NCBI GenBank assembly: GCA_000004695.1
Contig: CM000154.2
Span: forward strand, 1,792,001-1,856,000
Length of the DNA stretch: 64,000 nt
Direction: 5' to 3'
From: Dictyostelium discoideum
Taxonomy: Eukaryota
Within the stretch, counting starts at the first letter, position 1. Each line of letters begins with the position of its first letter. Under the pieces are notes generated by a model. The model was not told the origin of the DNA and searched no databases. It saw only the letters and a list, made by a program, of their open reading frames with translations. Shown piece by piece: positions 10,347-22,291 of this stretch. The translations under genes and the position numbers were made by a program.

Positions 10347-13274
10347 TTAATCATTTAAAATAAAACTATTTGAACTTGGATTTGATTGAAGATCATTAAA
10401 ACATTTATCGCAAACTCTAACTGGAGTATTAATTCTATATTTTTTAATTGGACATTTATGTGATGTGCAAGATTCACAAAATATTTTACCACAACAATGA
10501 CAATGGACACGTGCTTTCATTACATGTAATAGTGTGAATGGTTGTTTACAACCCATACAACTATTTGGAGCTGAAGAAAATGGAATCTCTCTTGGTGGTA
10601 TAAAACTGAATGGTAAATAACGATGAATGAAATCAATTGCAGTTTTTACACCATCCTCTCTCTTTAAGAGATGTGACATTTTGTTAACTTTTGCTCTAAC
10701 TGATGGTTCGTTCAATATTGAAATGATATGAGATGACAAAGATTTAGCAGTTAATATATCGAATGGTATCGATGTACCAATACCAGTTTGTTTAATTCGT
10801 TCACCCCAAAAGAATTGATCACCAAAAAATGGTACCACTATAGTTGGTTTGGCAGCAAGTAAACTTGCAGCAACTGTACCAGCACCACCATGACTAATTA
10901 CTAATGATACTTTTTCAAATAACCAACTATGATCAACTGGTTTCTTTAATAAATAAATTCTATTTGATTGTAATGATGATTTATTTGAATCTGAATTTTC
11001 TCCATTATTATTATTGTTATTATTATTGTTGTTATTATTATGTTCATCAATACTTAAACCACCCCAACCTTGTGAAATGATTGCTCTTTTACCAGATAAT
11101 TTAATTGCTTCAATTAATAATAAAGATAAAGCAGTTGGATTATCAATTACAATTGAACCGAAACCAATATAGATTGGAATATCATCATTTTCAGTTGAAG
11201 ATTCCTCATTGAGGAATTGAATTAAATCATCAGGTGGAGAATCAGAATTGGCTTGATTTTTCAAAGTCCAATAACCAGTGATTGCAATTTCACCGGACCA
11301 ATCTGGTGGTTTTGGTACTAAATATTTGCTAAAACAATAGAGATAAGGCATTCTATAGGTTTCATTGATTGATACAGAAGAATTCCAAGGTGGTATTTTC
11401 AAAGTTTCGGTACGCCATTGATTGATTTGACCACTAATAGGTTGCCATAAAACTTTCTCCATCATTACATGAGTTGCCAAATTGAAAACTCCACCCATTT
11501 GATGGGATGCAAATGGTGCGAATGGATTTGGATAGGTTCTAGTCCTAGTGAATGGCATAGTGAATGCATTAAAGAATGGAATTTGTAATACTTCACCAAT
11601 ATGTGGACCAGCAAAACAACCAGGTGTTGCAATCAATACTTGAGTATTACTATTTTGAACGGCTTTCCAACATGTTAATAAAAGGTCATCAATGAATGAT
11701 CTAAATCTACTTAGGGCCTCTTTAATGAATTTTGGTGTGAAAATACCATTTCTAACACAAAGATCCATTAATTCCCTTGGATCACCACCCAATGGTTGAT
11801 AATTTAATCCAAACTCTTTACTAATTAAATCTCTATACAATTCATGAGTTGCCAATGTTACATTATGACCATACTCTTTCAATCCTAATGATAATGCAAT
11901 AAATGGTTGAATATCACCTCTTGATCCAATTGTTAATATTGTTATTCTTAAAGGTTTAACTGGTAAAATTGGTGAATTAACTAAACTTGAAAATCCTGGT
12001 GATTGAGTTATTGTTAATGGTGTTAATAATCTTGGTGATATTAAATTTGTTGTAGTCGTTGATGTTGTTGTTGTCGTTGTTTTTGGTTGTTGTTGTTGTT
12101 GTTGTTGAGCACTATGAATTTTTAAAATTGGTAATGATTTTATAGACCTTTTAATTTTATCTACATCTTCTTCAACATTTCCAATGAAACTATTACTTTT
12201 ATTTGTATTATTTGTATTATTATTATTATTATTATTATTTGAATTATTTTCACCATCAATAATTTCTTGAATATCATTATATACTACAGTTGATGGTAAA
12301 GTTGAATGAATGGTTGGTGATGTAATGGTTGGTGTTGTACTTGAAGGTGTTGTACTTGAAGGTGGTGTACTTGAAGGTGGTGTAATTGAAGGTGATGCAA
12401 TAGATGGTGAAATCGCTAATGGTGAAGTAATTGTTGGTGAACTTGAAAGTGAATTTGAGGAATTTGATTTCTTATTATTAGCTTTTAACCAAGTTTCATA
12501 TAAAATTTGATAAACTCTATTTCTATGAATAAAAGATGCAAATTGAAATTCATGATGACTTGCAGTAGTAATTTTAATACCATTTGGAATAAAAGCTGAA
12601 TATTTTTTAATTTCAATAACCTGTGATAATGGTATGACGATGGTTCTTTTCTGGAAACCAAATTTTGATCTAAAACAAATATTATTATTACTAATATAAA
12701 GGAAACCATACTTTAATTGAGCACCTTTAAAATTTGTACAATTAAACCAAGTTATTAAAACTTCATCAGCTGGTAAACCAAGTTTATTCTTTATTTTTAT
12801 ACTTTCTAAAGGTGTAAATATACTACCCTCACTATTACCATTAATATTTAAATCGCTATTATTATTATTGGGTGATGATGATAATAATGATGATGACGAT
12901 GATGATGAAGATGAGGATGAAGAATCTAATAAAGTTTTTGGAATTTGTTTCCAAGTTTCTAAAATTAAATTATAAAAACTATTTATATTATTTAAAGAAC
13001 CAAAAATCCATTTATGATCCAATGTAATAATTTTAACACATTGATTAAAGAATAATAAGAATCTTTCTTTTGTAACACTAACGATATCTTCAATTGGAAT
13101 TAAGGCTTTTTTCATTAAAACTTCTTTAACCTTATATTGATTATTATTAACCATTACCACTGAATTATCATGTTGACTCTGTTTTGGATAATCAAAATCT
13201 GATTCAGAATCTGTATCGGAATCTGTATCTAAATCACGATCATACGTTGTTGATGTTATTGATGAACTATTGGG

Positions 13275-13309
<35 letters not shown>

Positions 13310-14963
13310 GCTTATCTAAAGGTGATGGATTAAATGCTATATATGATTTTGTTATATAAACTATACCTTCAACATTTGAATCATATGAATAATAATACAA
13401 TGAACAATTTTGAAACATAATTACAGTTTCATCTAATGGTAATAATGGGAAAATATCATGAAATGTTGAATTGATACTTGAATTCTTTTGAATAATTATT
13501 GTTTTTTCATGTGTCGTTGATGATGTTGATGATGTTGATGATGGTGGTGGTGGTATTGCTGATGATGATGAAGTTGAAGGTATTATAGTTGTTGGATTTG
13601 ATGTATGTGGTATTACAATATTATTATTATTATCATCTAATTGTAGTGATGATGATTGTTGTTGTTGTTGTTGTTGTTGTTGTGAATTTTGAGGATCTAA
13701 ATGACTTGATGATTTTGATCTAAATAATGGTATTGGTATTGATTTTGGAATTGGAATTGAAAAATTTGGTAAAGATGGTATTGGTATTTTCCAAGATCTA
13801 ATACCACTACTAATTGTTTGATAAGTTGATTTATGTTCTTTTTCATCATGTTTTGGTTCATCAATTGGTGGTATTTGACCAACGGTTGAAAAGAAAATCT
13901 TTGGATTTGAACGAGCTAAACTTGTTGAAATTACATTAAAGAAAGTTTCAATATCATCGATTGAATCAAAGAATAAAACATCGTAATCGGTAGTATAAAC
14001 TTTTAGAGCATCACGGTTATCGGATTTTCTATCGATTGTAATTGCATAGATATCAGATTCAGGTATAATTAAAACACTATCCAATGAGGAGAAATATAAT
14101 GTACCCTCGGTCGTTGCATATAAAACACCTTCATAAGAGAACTCCTCATCTTGATAAAACACACATGGAGTTTCAATTAAAAGATTAACACCTTGAGATA
14201 ATTTAAAAGTTTTTTGAAATTCCAATAGACGCTGTTGTTTCTCTGGCTCAACTACTGTCACACCCCTATTTCTATTCCAAAGTTTAATTAACAATGAATA
14301 GACCTCATTGGAAGAGGATGAAGGTGTCACTAAACAATTCTCACCCTTTTTCAGTGTCAAACATAACGAATCAAAGAATAGGGCTGCATTTGACTCCATT
14401 GTGATTGAAACTATATCACCAATGGGTATTGTGACATTTAGATTCTTTTGCATTCTATTGATTTCATGATACCAATGCTCCAATTGTGGTTCAGTATCTA
14501 ATTGAATTAAATGAATTGAAGTATTGGTCATAATTTGCAAACAAAATGGTTTGCCTGTTTCTTCGGGATCCAATTTATCAACGGTGACAATTTTCGATAA
14601 CAGTATGGTACCATTTGGATAATGAGTTTCCTTTAGAATTGAACTTTTATACCAACTTATTGAATCTGGTGTTAAAACGAACCAATATTTCTTCCAAAAG
14701 AAATCACCCTTCTTATAAAGATAATTCTCTAAAACATAATCACTATCAACCTGTTGTTGTGGTAAAAATATTAAATAATTTGATGTAATCACTAAATTGG
14801 CACATGTCAAATGGTTATACAATAATGAACATTCACAAAATCCATAAATTTCTCCAGGTTCCTTTATCTTTGTAAAAGATTCAGATTTTGATAATTCATT
14901 CAATATTTCTTGTCTTAATTGTTTATTCTCTTCTTCATTCTCTGGTATCATCAATGGTGGTGG

Positions 14964-14995
<32 letters not shown>

Positions 14996-15473
14996 TTATA
15001 TTTGATAAATCTGTACTTTTATTTAATTCAATTAATGATCTTTTTTCTTTATCTTCTTCATCATTATTCGATTTATAATCTGGATCAAAAATATATACAT
15101 GAGGTGGAACATAACCAGATTCATAAATTTGTTGTTGATGATATTGTTGATATTGTTGAATTTGATGTTGTTGTTCTGTTGATAATATTGATTGTGGTGA
15201 TTGATGAATTTTTAAAATGCTACTACTATTATTGTTGTTGTTGCTATTATTACTATTATTACTTATACCATCGTTTGCATTGGTTGAATCGAAATCATTA
15301 ATTATTCCATTATTAATTTTATTTTCATAATTTGAATTTGACCTATTACTACTACTACCAACTGAGCTTAAACTATCTGAATGTGAAATCTTTTTAAGTT
15401 TAATTTCGGTGGAATAAAAATCATTAATATTATTATCGCTTATATTATAAAATGTTGAATAATATTTTTTCAT
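10347..15473 (-). CDS. ugt52: Sterol 3-beta-glucosyltransferase (UDP-sugar-dependent glycosyltransferase 52) with GRAM, PH, GT1 catalytic and C-terminal FYVE domains; single exon, 1708 codons.
   Basis: Uninterrupted 5.1-kb ORF. It has a PH-like segment (KKGDFFWKKYWFVLTPDSISWYKSS) and a UGT51/ATG26-type GT-B catalytic core (ILTIGSRGDIQPFIALSLGLKEYGHNVTLATH ... SHGGAGTVAASLLAAKPTIVVPFFGDQFFWGERI). The C-terminus has a FYVE Zn finger (RVHCHCCGKIFCESC...RVCDKCF). Domain order and size match the described Dictyostelium UGT52. Confidence 0.88.
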
Positions 15474-15810
15474 TATATTTTTAAAAAAAAATAAAAAAAA
15501 TAATAATAATTAACAAATAATAAAAAAATAAATAAATAAATAAATAAATGAAGAATTTATAAATATATATATTTTTTTATTATGATATTATTATAATGAT
15601 TTTATTTTTATTTCTATTTTTATTTTTATTATTGATATTGATATTGATATTATAATTAATTGTTTTGAATAATAAATAAAAAAAAATAAAAAAAAAAACT
15701 AATTTTAAAAGAAATTAAATATAAAAAATAAAATAAAATAAAATTATATTAATTGTAAAAAATTAGTTATTATAGCTATATTATTTTTACAGATAATTAA
15801 TTATTATTAT

Positions 15811-15861
<51 letters not shown>

Positions 15862-16478
15862 CTTATTATGGTTTTTATTCAATTTATTTAAAATAATTTT
15901 ATAGATAGGGAAAGAAAAAAAAAAAAACTATACGTGTAAAAAAAAATAAACAAATTTTATATTTACTATCCACAACAATGAACATTGATCTTTTAGATCG
16001 ACTATAAAAAAAAAACAAAAAAAAAAATATAAAATATTTTAAAACACAAATTACAACATATCACGATAACAATGACTCTTTGAAAATGGTGAAATAAATA
16101 ATAAAATAGCAATAGTAATTGTAATATAATATTGATAACTTACCTGTCTTAATAATCTTGATGTTGTTAAACTATCAGATGTAAATTCGTCCATTCCTTT
16201 AATTTCCTTTTATGATGTATATTATATATATATATATAAATATATAATACTTTAAATTTATACGCTAATATTACAATTTTTAAAAAATAAAAAAAGTAAA
16301 AAAAAATAAAAAAATAAAATTAAACAATGGACTTTGTGGGGGTGTTTTAAAATTATTAAAAAATTTAAAAAAAAAAATAAAATAAAATAAAATAAAATAA
16401 AATGAAATAATTGTGTGTGTGTTTTTTATTTGTTGAATAAGGTGGAAAAAAAAATTTTTTTTTTTTCAATTTTTAAAA

Positions 16479-16519
<41 letters not shown>

Positions 16520-16570
16520 AATTAAATTAAATTTAAATTATTTTAATTAGATGGGTTTTTACTTATTTTT

Positions 16571-16603
<33 letters not shown>

Positions 16604-16799
16604 GGCAATGAAGACGTTTCGGTTTTCATTGAAAAATTTTCATATGATTAATTTATTTAATTATGATTTTGATTGTGATTATGTGATAATGATGATGACA
16701 TTACATACCACCAATTTTTTATTTTTTTTTTTTTTATTTTTAATTTTATTTTTTTTTTTTTTATTATTATTTTTTTTTTTTTATGGGTTGAATAAACTT

Positions 16800-16949
16800 T
16801 TATTTTTTTGATGTCTCTTTTTGTAATTTTTCTAAATATTCCTTTTCTTGATTTTCCCAATATTCCATGTATGATTGTTTATTACTATAAATATAATATT
16901 TCAAATATCTATCAAATTTTCTCTAGAGTAAAATGAATAATTAATAAAT

Positions 16950-16981
<32 letters not shown>

Positions 16982-17275
16982 GTTATTTTATTTAAAACTT
17001 ACATCATTTACTTTTACACATTCATGAAATTTATTGGCTTCTTCAAAACAAAAATATGTGTGGAAAAATGATAGTTTTTTTTTACATTCTTCATATTCTA
17101 TTTTTAAATCATAACATGATGCTTCAACCTGAAACTTTTTTTCTCCACTTTTTAAATTTTTTATATCTTTTGAAACTTGATCAAACTCCTCTGGATATAA
17201 ATTGATAAAATCTTTATAATAATCTGTGAATGAAAATTTTGGTTCTTTGAATCTATATTTATCGTTTTCTGTCAT
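16800..17275 (-). CDS. Twin Cx9C (CHCH-fold) small mitochondrial-type protein, possibly NDUFB7/B18-like (131 aa). Exons 17275..17003 and 16922..16800.
   Basis: ORF 16988..17275 contains two C-x9-C motifs (CYDLKIEYEEC, CFEEANKFHEC). A perfect GAT|gtaagt donor at 17002 and acceptor ctctag|AGA at 16923 extend it in frame to ...RKFDRYLKYYIYSNKQSYMEYWENQEKEYLEKLQKETSKK*. This resembles the post-CHCH basic helix of NDUFB7. Confidence 0.6.
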
Positions 17276-17902
17276 TGTGTTATTTAAAAAAAAAAAAAAT
17301 AAAATAAAAAAAAAAAAATAAAAAATAAAAAAAAAAATTCTGAAAAAAAAAAATAAAAAAAAATAAAAAAATTAAAAAAAAAAAAATAAAATATTTGGTA
17401 ATTATATATATTTTAAAACCCTTCAATTATTACCCTTTTTTGTGTTCAAGAAAAAATTTCCTAAAAAAAATTTCAAAAAAAAAAAAAAAATAAAAATAAA
17501 AATAAAAAATAAATTACCAACAAATATTTTTTTTCATAATTTTTTTTTTTTTTTTTTTCGGAATCATAAACAAAATTAAATTATTAATCAAATAAAAAAA
17601 GATAATAATAATAATAATAAAAAAAAAATAAAAAAAAATTAAATTAAAAAAAATAAAAATAAAAATAAAGAAAAATAAAAAAAAAAAATAAAAAAAAAAA
17701 TTAAATTAAAAAAAATTAATAAAGGGTTTGTATTAAATTTAGCTTTTTTTGAAAAAATCTACAAATATCGTATTTTGTTGATTGAAAATCAAAGAAAAGT
17801 TTTCTTTTAAATTACATTTTTTTTTTTTTTTTTTTTTTTATTTTTATTTTTATTTTTTATTTTTGCACCGATCTTTTCCACAAAACAAAAAAAAAAAAAG
17901 GG

Positions 17903-18002
17903 NNNNNNNNNNNNNNNNNNNNNNNNNNNNNNNNNNNNNNNNNNNNNNNNNNNNNNNNNNNNNNNNNNNNNNNNNNNNNNNNNNNNNNNNNNNNNNNNNN
18001 NN
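17903..18002. other. Assembly gap (100 N) flanked by poly-A/T
   Basis: Run of N characters. Spurious ORFs 17782..18078 and 17857..18042 run through it. Confidence 0.98.
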
Positions 18003-18186
18003 AAAAAAAAAAAAAAAAAAAAAAAAAAGGTTTAGATTCCAATCACCCCTAAAAATAAAATGGAAAAAAAAGCGATGATAGAATTGATTATAATAATAAG
18101 AATCTATTTTTTAGAGAAAAAAAAAAAATAAAAAAATAAATAAAAAAATAAAATAAAATAAAAATAATTTAAATAGGTTTTTCTTT

Positions 18187-18189
<3 letters not shown>

Positions 18190-18219
<30 letters not shown>
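18190..18219. repeat. (CA)15 dinucleotide repeat
   Basis: Directly visible. It lies upstream of the RBR E3 gene together with a (GA/GAAA)-rich tract at 18384..18434 and a (TA)n at 18435..18452. Confidence 0.95.
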
Positions 18220-18220
<1 letters not shown>

Positions 18221-18484
18221 TTTTTTTTTTTCTTTCTTTTTTTCTTTTTTTATATTTTGTTTTTTATTTTTTTTTTTCACACACACATTTTTTTTTTCAA
18301 AAAAAAAAGACACAATAAAAAAAAAAAAAATTTTGTTGCTAATAAAAAATCAAAATTTAAAATTTATATAGATAATATATATAGAGAGAGAAAGAGAAAG
18401 AGAAAGAGAAAGAGAGAAAGAGAGAGAGAAAGAGATATATATATATATATATTTTAGTAAAATATTTAATTTTTCACAATAAAA

Positions 18485-21046
18485 ATGTTTTTGAAAATCA
18501 AAAAAATTTTAAAAACAAGTAATAATGAAAACTCTATAGATAATGATAATAGTAGTAGTAGTAACATTAAAAAGAAAAAGAGTGATAAAAAAAATAAAAA
18601 TAGTAATAATAGTAATATTAATGACATTACAACTTCACCTATCATAACAAATAATAAAAGATCAGACAGTGATTTTAATGAACAAGCTCTTATTAATAAA
18701 TCACGTTCGTCTTCAGATATCGAATCATCTGATGCTATAGTAGAAAATGAAGATATTATTCAACCAGTTTTAACAACAACTACAACAACCTCATCATCAT
18801 CATCATCATCAACAGCATCACCAATAACAAATGAAAAATCTTCAAATAGCCCACAATTAAATAGAAATAAATCTTTCTTAGGTTCTGTAGTTTTAAATAT
18901 TAAAAAGAAGAGTTCATCAAAATCTAATGATAACAATAGTAATAATAATAATAATAATAAATCACAACAAGCAATTAATAGAAAAAGTTATCAAAAAGAT
19001 GATAATAATAATAATAATAGTAGTAGTAATGAAGGATCACCACAATCACAAATTAGTAATGAAGAGATACAATCCAATGATTCAATTGATAATGAAGAAT
19101 TAAATAATGAAAATTGTGATTCTGATGAAGAGGAGCAGCAAGACAATAGTTCATACGACGATGATGATGATGAAGATGGAGAATATGATGAAGATAATTC
19201 AGATGATGATGATGCATATGTTTCATTTAAAGATTTGGATGAAACTAATACAAAACCAGTTAAAAGTTTTAATTGTTTATCACCAAATCAATTAGTGGAA
19301 CAACAAGAAAAAGAAATTAAAGATATTGCTGAACTATTATCAATACCAACTTCTTCTGCAAATACATTATTAAAACATTTCAATTGGAAGAGAGAGGAAT
19401 TAATTTTAAAATATTTTGAATCACCAAAAGAAATTTGTAAAGAATTAGGTATTGAATATAATCCAATATCAAATAATAATAATAATAATTTTATTAATAA
19501 TAATAATATTCAACAATGGTCACCATCATCATCTCCACAATTATTTTCATGTGCTAATAATAATATAAATTCAACAACTACTACAACTACAACTACTACT
19601 TCAACAACAACAACAACAACAACAACTACACCAACAATTTCATGTTCAATTTGTGGTGAAGAGGATGAAAGTTTAACAGAATTTACATGGGCAAAATGTA
19701 AACATTCATTTTGTAATGATTGTTGGGCAAATTATTTAACATTAAAAATCAATGAAGGTGAAGCAACTATTAGATGTCCATTCTATAAATGTAAAGCAGT
19801 AGTTGATGATCAAATTATAAAGAGATTGATAGCACCATTTGTTTATGAAAAGTATCAAATTTTCTCAACAAAGAAATTCATTCAACAAAATAAACAACTT
19901 CGTTATTGTCCAACACCAGGTTGTGACAATGCAATTACATTGGTTAGTGATGGTGAGATTAGTAGTATTTTAAATAGTGTTGGTGGTGGTGGTGTGAGTG
20001 GTGGTGATCTTGATGATCAAGATCCAAATTGTATTTTTAATAAAAACACTGGTAATAATAACATTAGTGTTCAATGTTCATGTGGTTTCAAATTTTGTTT
20101 CAAATGTCATCGTGGTAGTCATGCACCTGCATCATGTGAACAAATGTCAATGTGGGAACAGAAATGCTCGGATGAGAGTGAAACTAGTCATTGGAAAATT
20201 GCAAATTGTAAACAGTGTCCAAAATGTACAGTCTCTGTTGAAAAGAATGGTGGTTGTATGCATGTAGTTTGTAGTCAATGTAAATATGAATGGTGTTGGA
20301 TGTGTACTCACAATTGGAAAGGTCATAATGATTTCTATGTTTGTAATCGTTTTGAAAAAGAAAAAGAAAAAGAAAGAAAATTAAATAATAAATTAAAAAG
20401 TAGTAGTGGTAGTACTGGTAGTAGTAGTAATAATAATAATAGTGGTAGTGGTAGTGGTGTTGGTGATGATGATAATAGTAGTAGTAGTCACCCTAGTAAA
20501 TTTAAATTATTATTATTTAATAGTAATAAATCAAAAATAAAAAAATCAAGAGAATCAATTGAAGAAGAACAAAAAAGAACAAATAGATTAGAATTGGAGA
20601 GATATTTATATTATTATGAAAAGTATATAAATCATGGTAATATTCAAAAATTGGAGAAAGCAATTAAAGAAGAGGCACAAATTAAAATGCAAGAATTGGA
20701 GAAAGCAAATTCAACTCGGGCTGAAGTAAAATACATTGAAAAGGGTGTTGATCAATTATTAGATTGTAGAAATATTTTAAAGTATACCTATATCTATGCT
20801 TTCTTTTCTTTTGCTGATCAAAATAATCAACGTGTTGTCACTGCCAAAGAATTATTCGAATTCCTTCAAGATGATTTAGAAAAAACAATGGAAAAATTAA
20901 CTGAACAAATGGAAGATGTTATGAAATCTCATGTAAATCTTGATACTTGGCATCGTTTAGATGTAATGAATCAAATTACACTTTTAAAAACTAAAACTGA
21001 TGGTTTATTAAATGCTGTATTAAAAGATTCATTATTTGAATTATAA
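18485..21046 (+). CDS. Ariadne-type RBR E3 ubiquitin ligase (RING1-IBR-RING2 plus Ariadne domain), 853 aa, single exon
   Basis: Continuous ORF. RING1 is CSICGEEDESLTEFTWAKCKHSFCNDCW. The IBR is CPTPGCDNAI...CSCGFKFCFKCHRGSHAPASC. RING2 carries the catalytic Cys (CKQCPKCTVSVEKNGGCMHVVCSQCKYEWCWMC). A C-terminal helical Ariadne domain follows. The N-terminal 380 aa are Ser/Asn/Asp-rich low complexity. Confidence 0.88.
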   Translation: MFLKIKKILKTSNNENSIDNDNSSSSNIKKKKSDKKNKNSNNSNINDITTSPIITNNKRSDSDFNEQALINKSRSSSDIESSDAIVENEDIIQPVLTTTTTTSSSSSSSTASPITNEKSSNSPQLNRNKSFLGSVVLNIKKKSSSKSNDNNSNNNNNNKSQQAINRKSYQKDDNNNNNSSSNEGSPQSQISNEEIQSNDSIDNEELNNENCDSDEEEQQDNSSYDDDDDEDGEYDEDNSDDDDAYVSFKDLDETNTKPVKSFNCLSPNQLVEQQEKEIKDIAELLSIPTSSANTLLKHFNWKREELILKYFESPKEICKELGIEYNPISNNNNNNFINNNNIQQWSPSSSPQLFSCANNNINSTTTTTTTTTSTTTTTTTTTPTISCSICGEEDESLTEFTWAKCKHSFCNDCWANYLTLKINEGEATIRCPFYKCKAVVDDQIIKRLIAPFVYEKYQIFSTKKFIQQNKQLRYCPTPGCDNAITLVSDGEISSILNSVGGGGVSGGDLDDQDPNCIFNKNTGNNNISVQCSCGFKFCFKCHRGSHAPASCEQMSMWEQKCSDESETSHWKIANCKQCPKCTVSVEKNGGCMHVVCSQCKYEWCWMCTHNWKGHNDFYVCNRFEKEKEKERKLNNKLKSSSGSTGSSSNNNNSGSGSGVGDDDNSSSSHPSKFKLLLFNSNKSKIKKSRESIEEEQKRTNRLELERYLYYYEKYINHGNIQKLEKAIKEEAQIKMQELEKANSTRAEVKYIEKGVDQLLDCRNILKYTYIYAFFSFADQNNQRVVTAKELFEFLQDDLEKTMEKLTEQMEDVMKSHVNLDTWHRLDVMNQITLLKTKTDGLLNAVLKDSLFEL

Positions 21047-21357
21047 AAAAAGAAAAAAAAAAAAATCAAAAAAAAACAAATCAAATCAAATTAAATCAAA
21101 TCAAATCAAATCAAAAATATATATCTATATTTTACATAATAAATTATTATTTAAAAGCTACTAGAGTTTTATATTAGTTAAACTCAAGTTTGTAATTGTA
21201 TACTATATTTAACTATTATTTTATTTTTCCTTTTTTTTTTTTTCCAAGTTTTTGAAATTTTAACTTTTTTTATTTGGTTAATTTCCCTTTTATTTTTAAA
21301 GGAATCAATCTAATTTGAACAATAATAAAACCAAAATGATTTTTATAATTATTTAAT

Positions 21358-21407
<50 letters not shown>

Positions 21408-21614
21408 CATTTAATTTAATTTTGGAATTTTTGCTAAAAGTTGAACTATTAAAAAATCATTTACATGAAATTTGGCAGTGGTTTTTAATTTATTTTATTT
21501 TATTTTTTTTTTTTTAAGAAAAAACAAATTTGGGAGCTTTTATGAATATTTTTTTTTTTTTTTTTTTTTTTTTAATTATTTTCATTTTTTATTTTTTTAA
21601 TTGTTTTTAATGAA

Positions 21615-22219
21615 ATGGATACAGCATCAATATCATCAACATCATCAAATTCAAAATCATCAAAAGAACAAATTAAATACACATTTACAGATTTTGATAA
21701 TGATATAAAGAATGAAATTAATGAACTTTATTCATATTCAGAGTTATCAATATTAAAGAAATCTAATATATCGAATCAATTCTATCATGATTTACACGAA
21801 TGTATGTATGCTCCTTTTTATTTTCATTTTTCTTTATTATATATATTGCATTATATATATATATATATTTAAATATTCATATCATATTTATGTATAATTA
21901 AAATCAATTGTTTTTTTTTTTATTTATTTTTTAATTTCAGATACTTCAAAAAATAAATGGAGAGATTTAACAGATATTGAAAAAATAGATTATCTTCAAC
22001 ATTTAATTGGATTCTTTGAATTATCAATGAAAGGACAAGATAATTATAATAGATATTTATTAAAATCTAGATTCATATGGTATATAGCGCAAGGTGTAAG
22101 AGATGAAACACATGATAGAAAAGATCAACTACATCAATCAAAATTAAATTGTATATTATTAAGAGAAATTAATGCATTACCAATAATTTTAAAAACTTTA
22201 GTATTATCTTCTCAGTATG

Positions 22220-22291
<72 letters not shown>

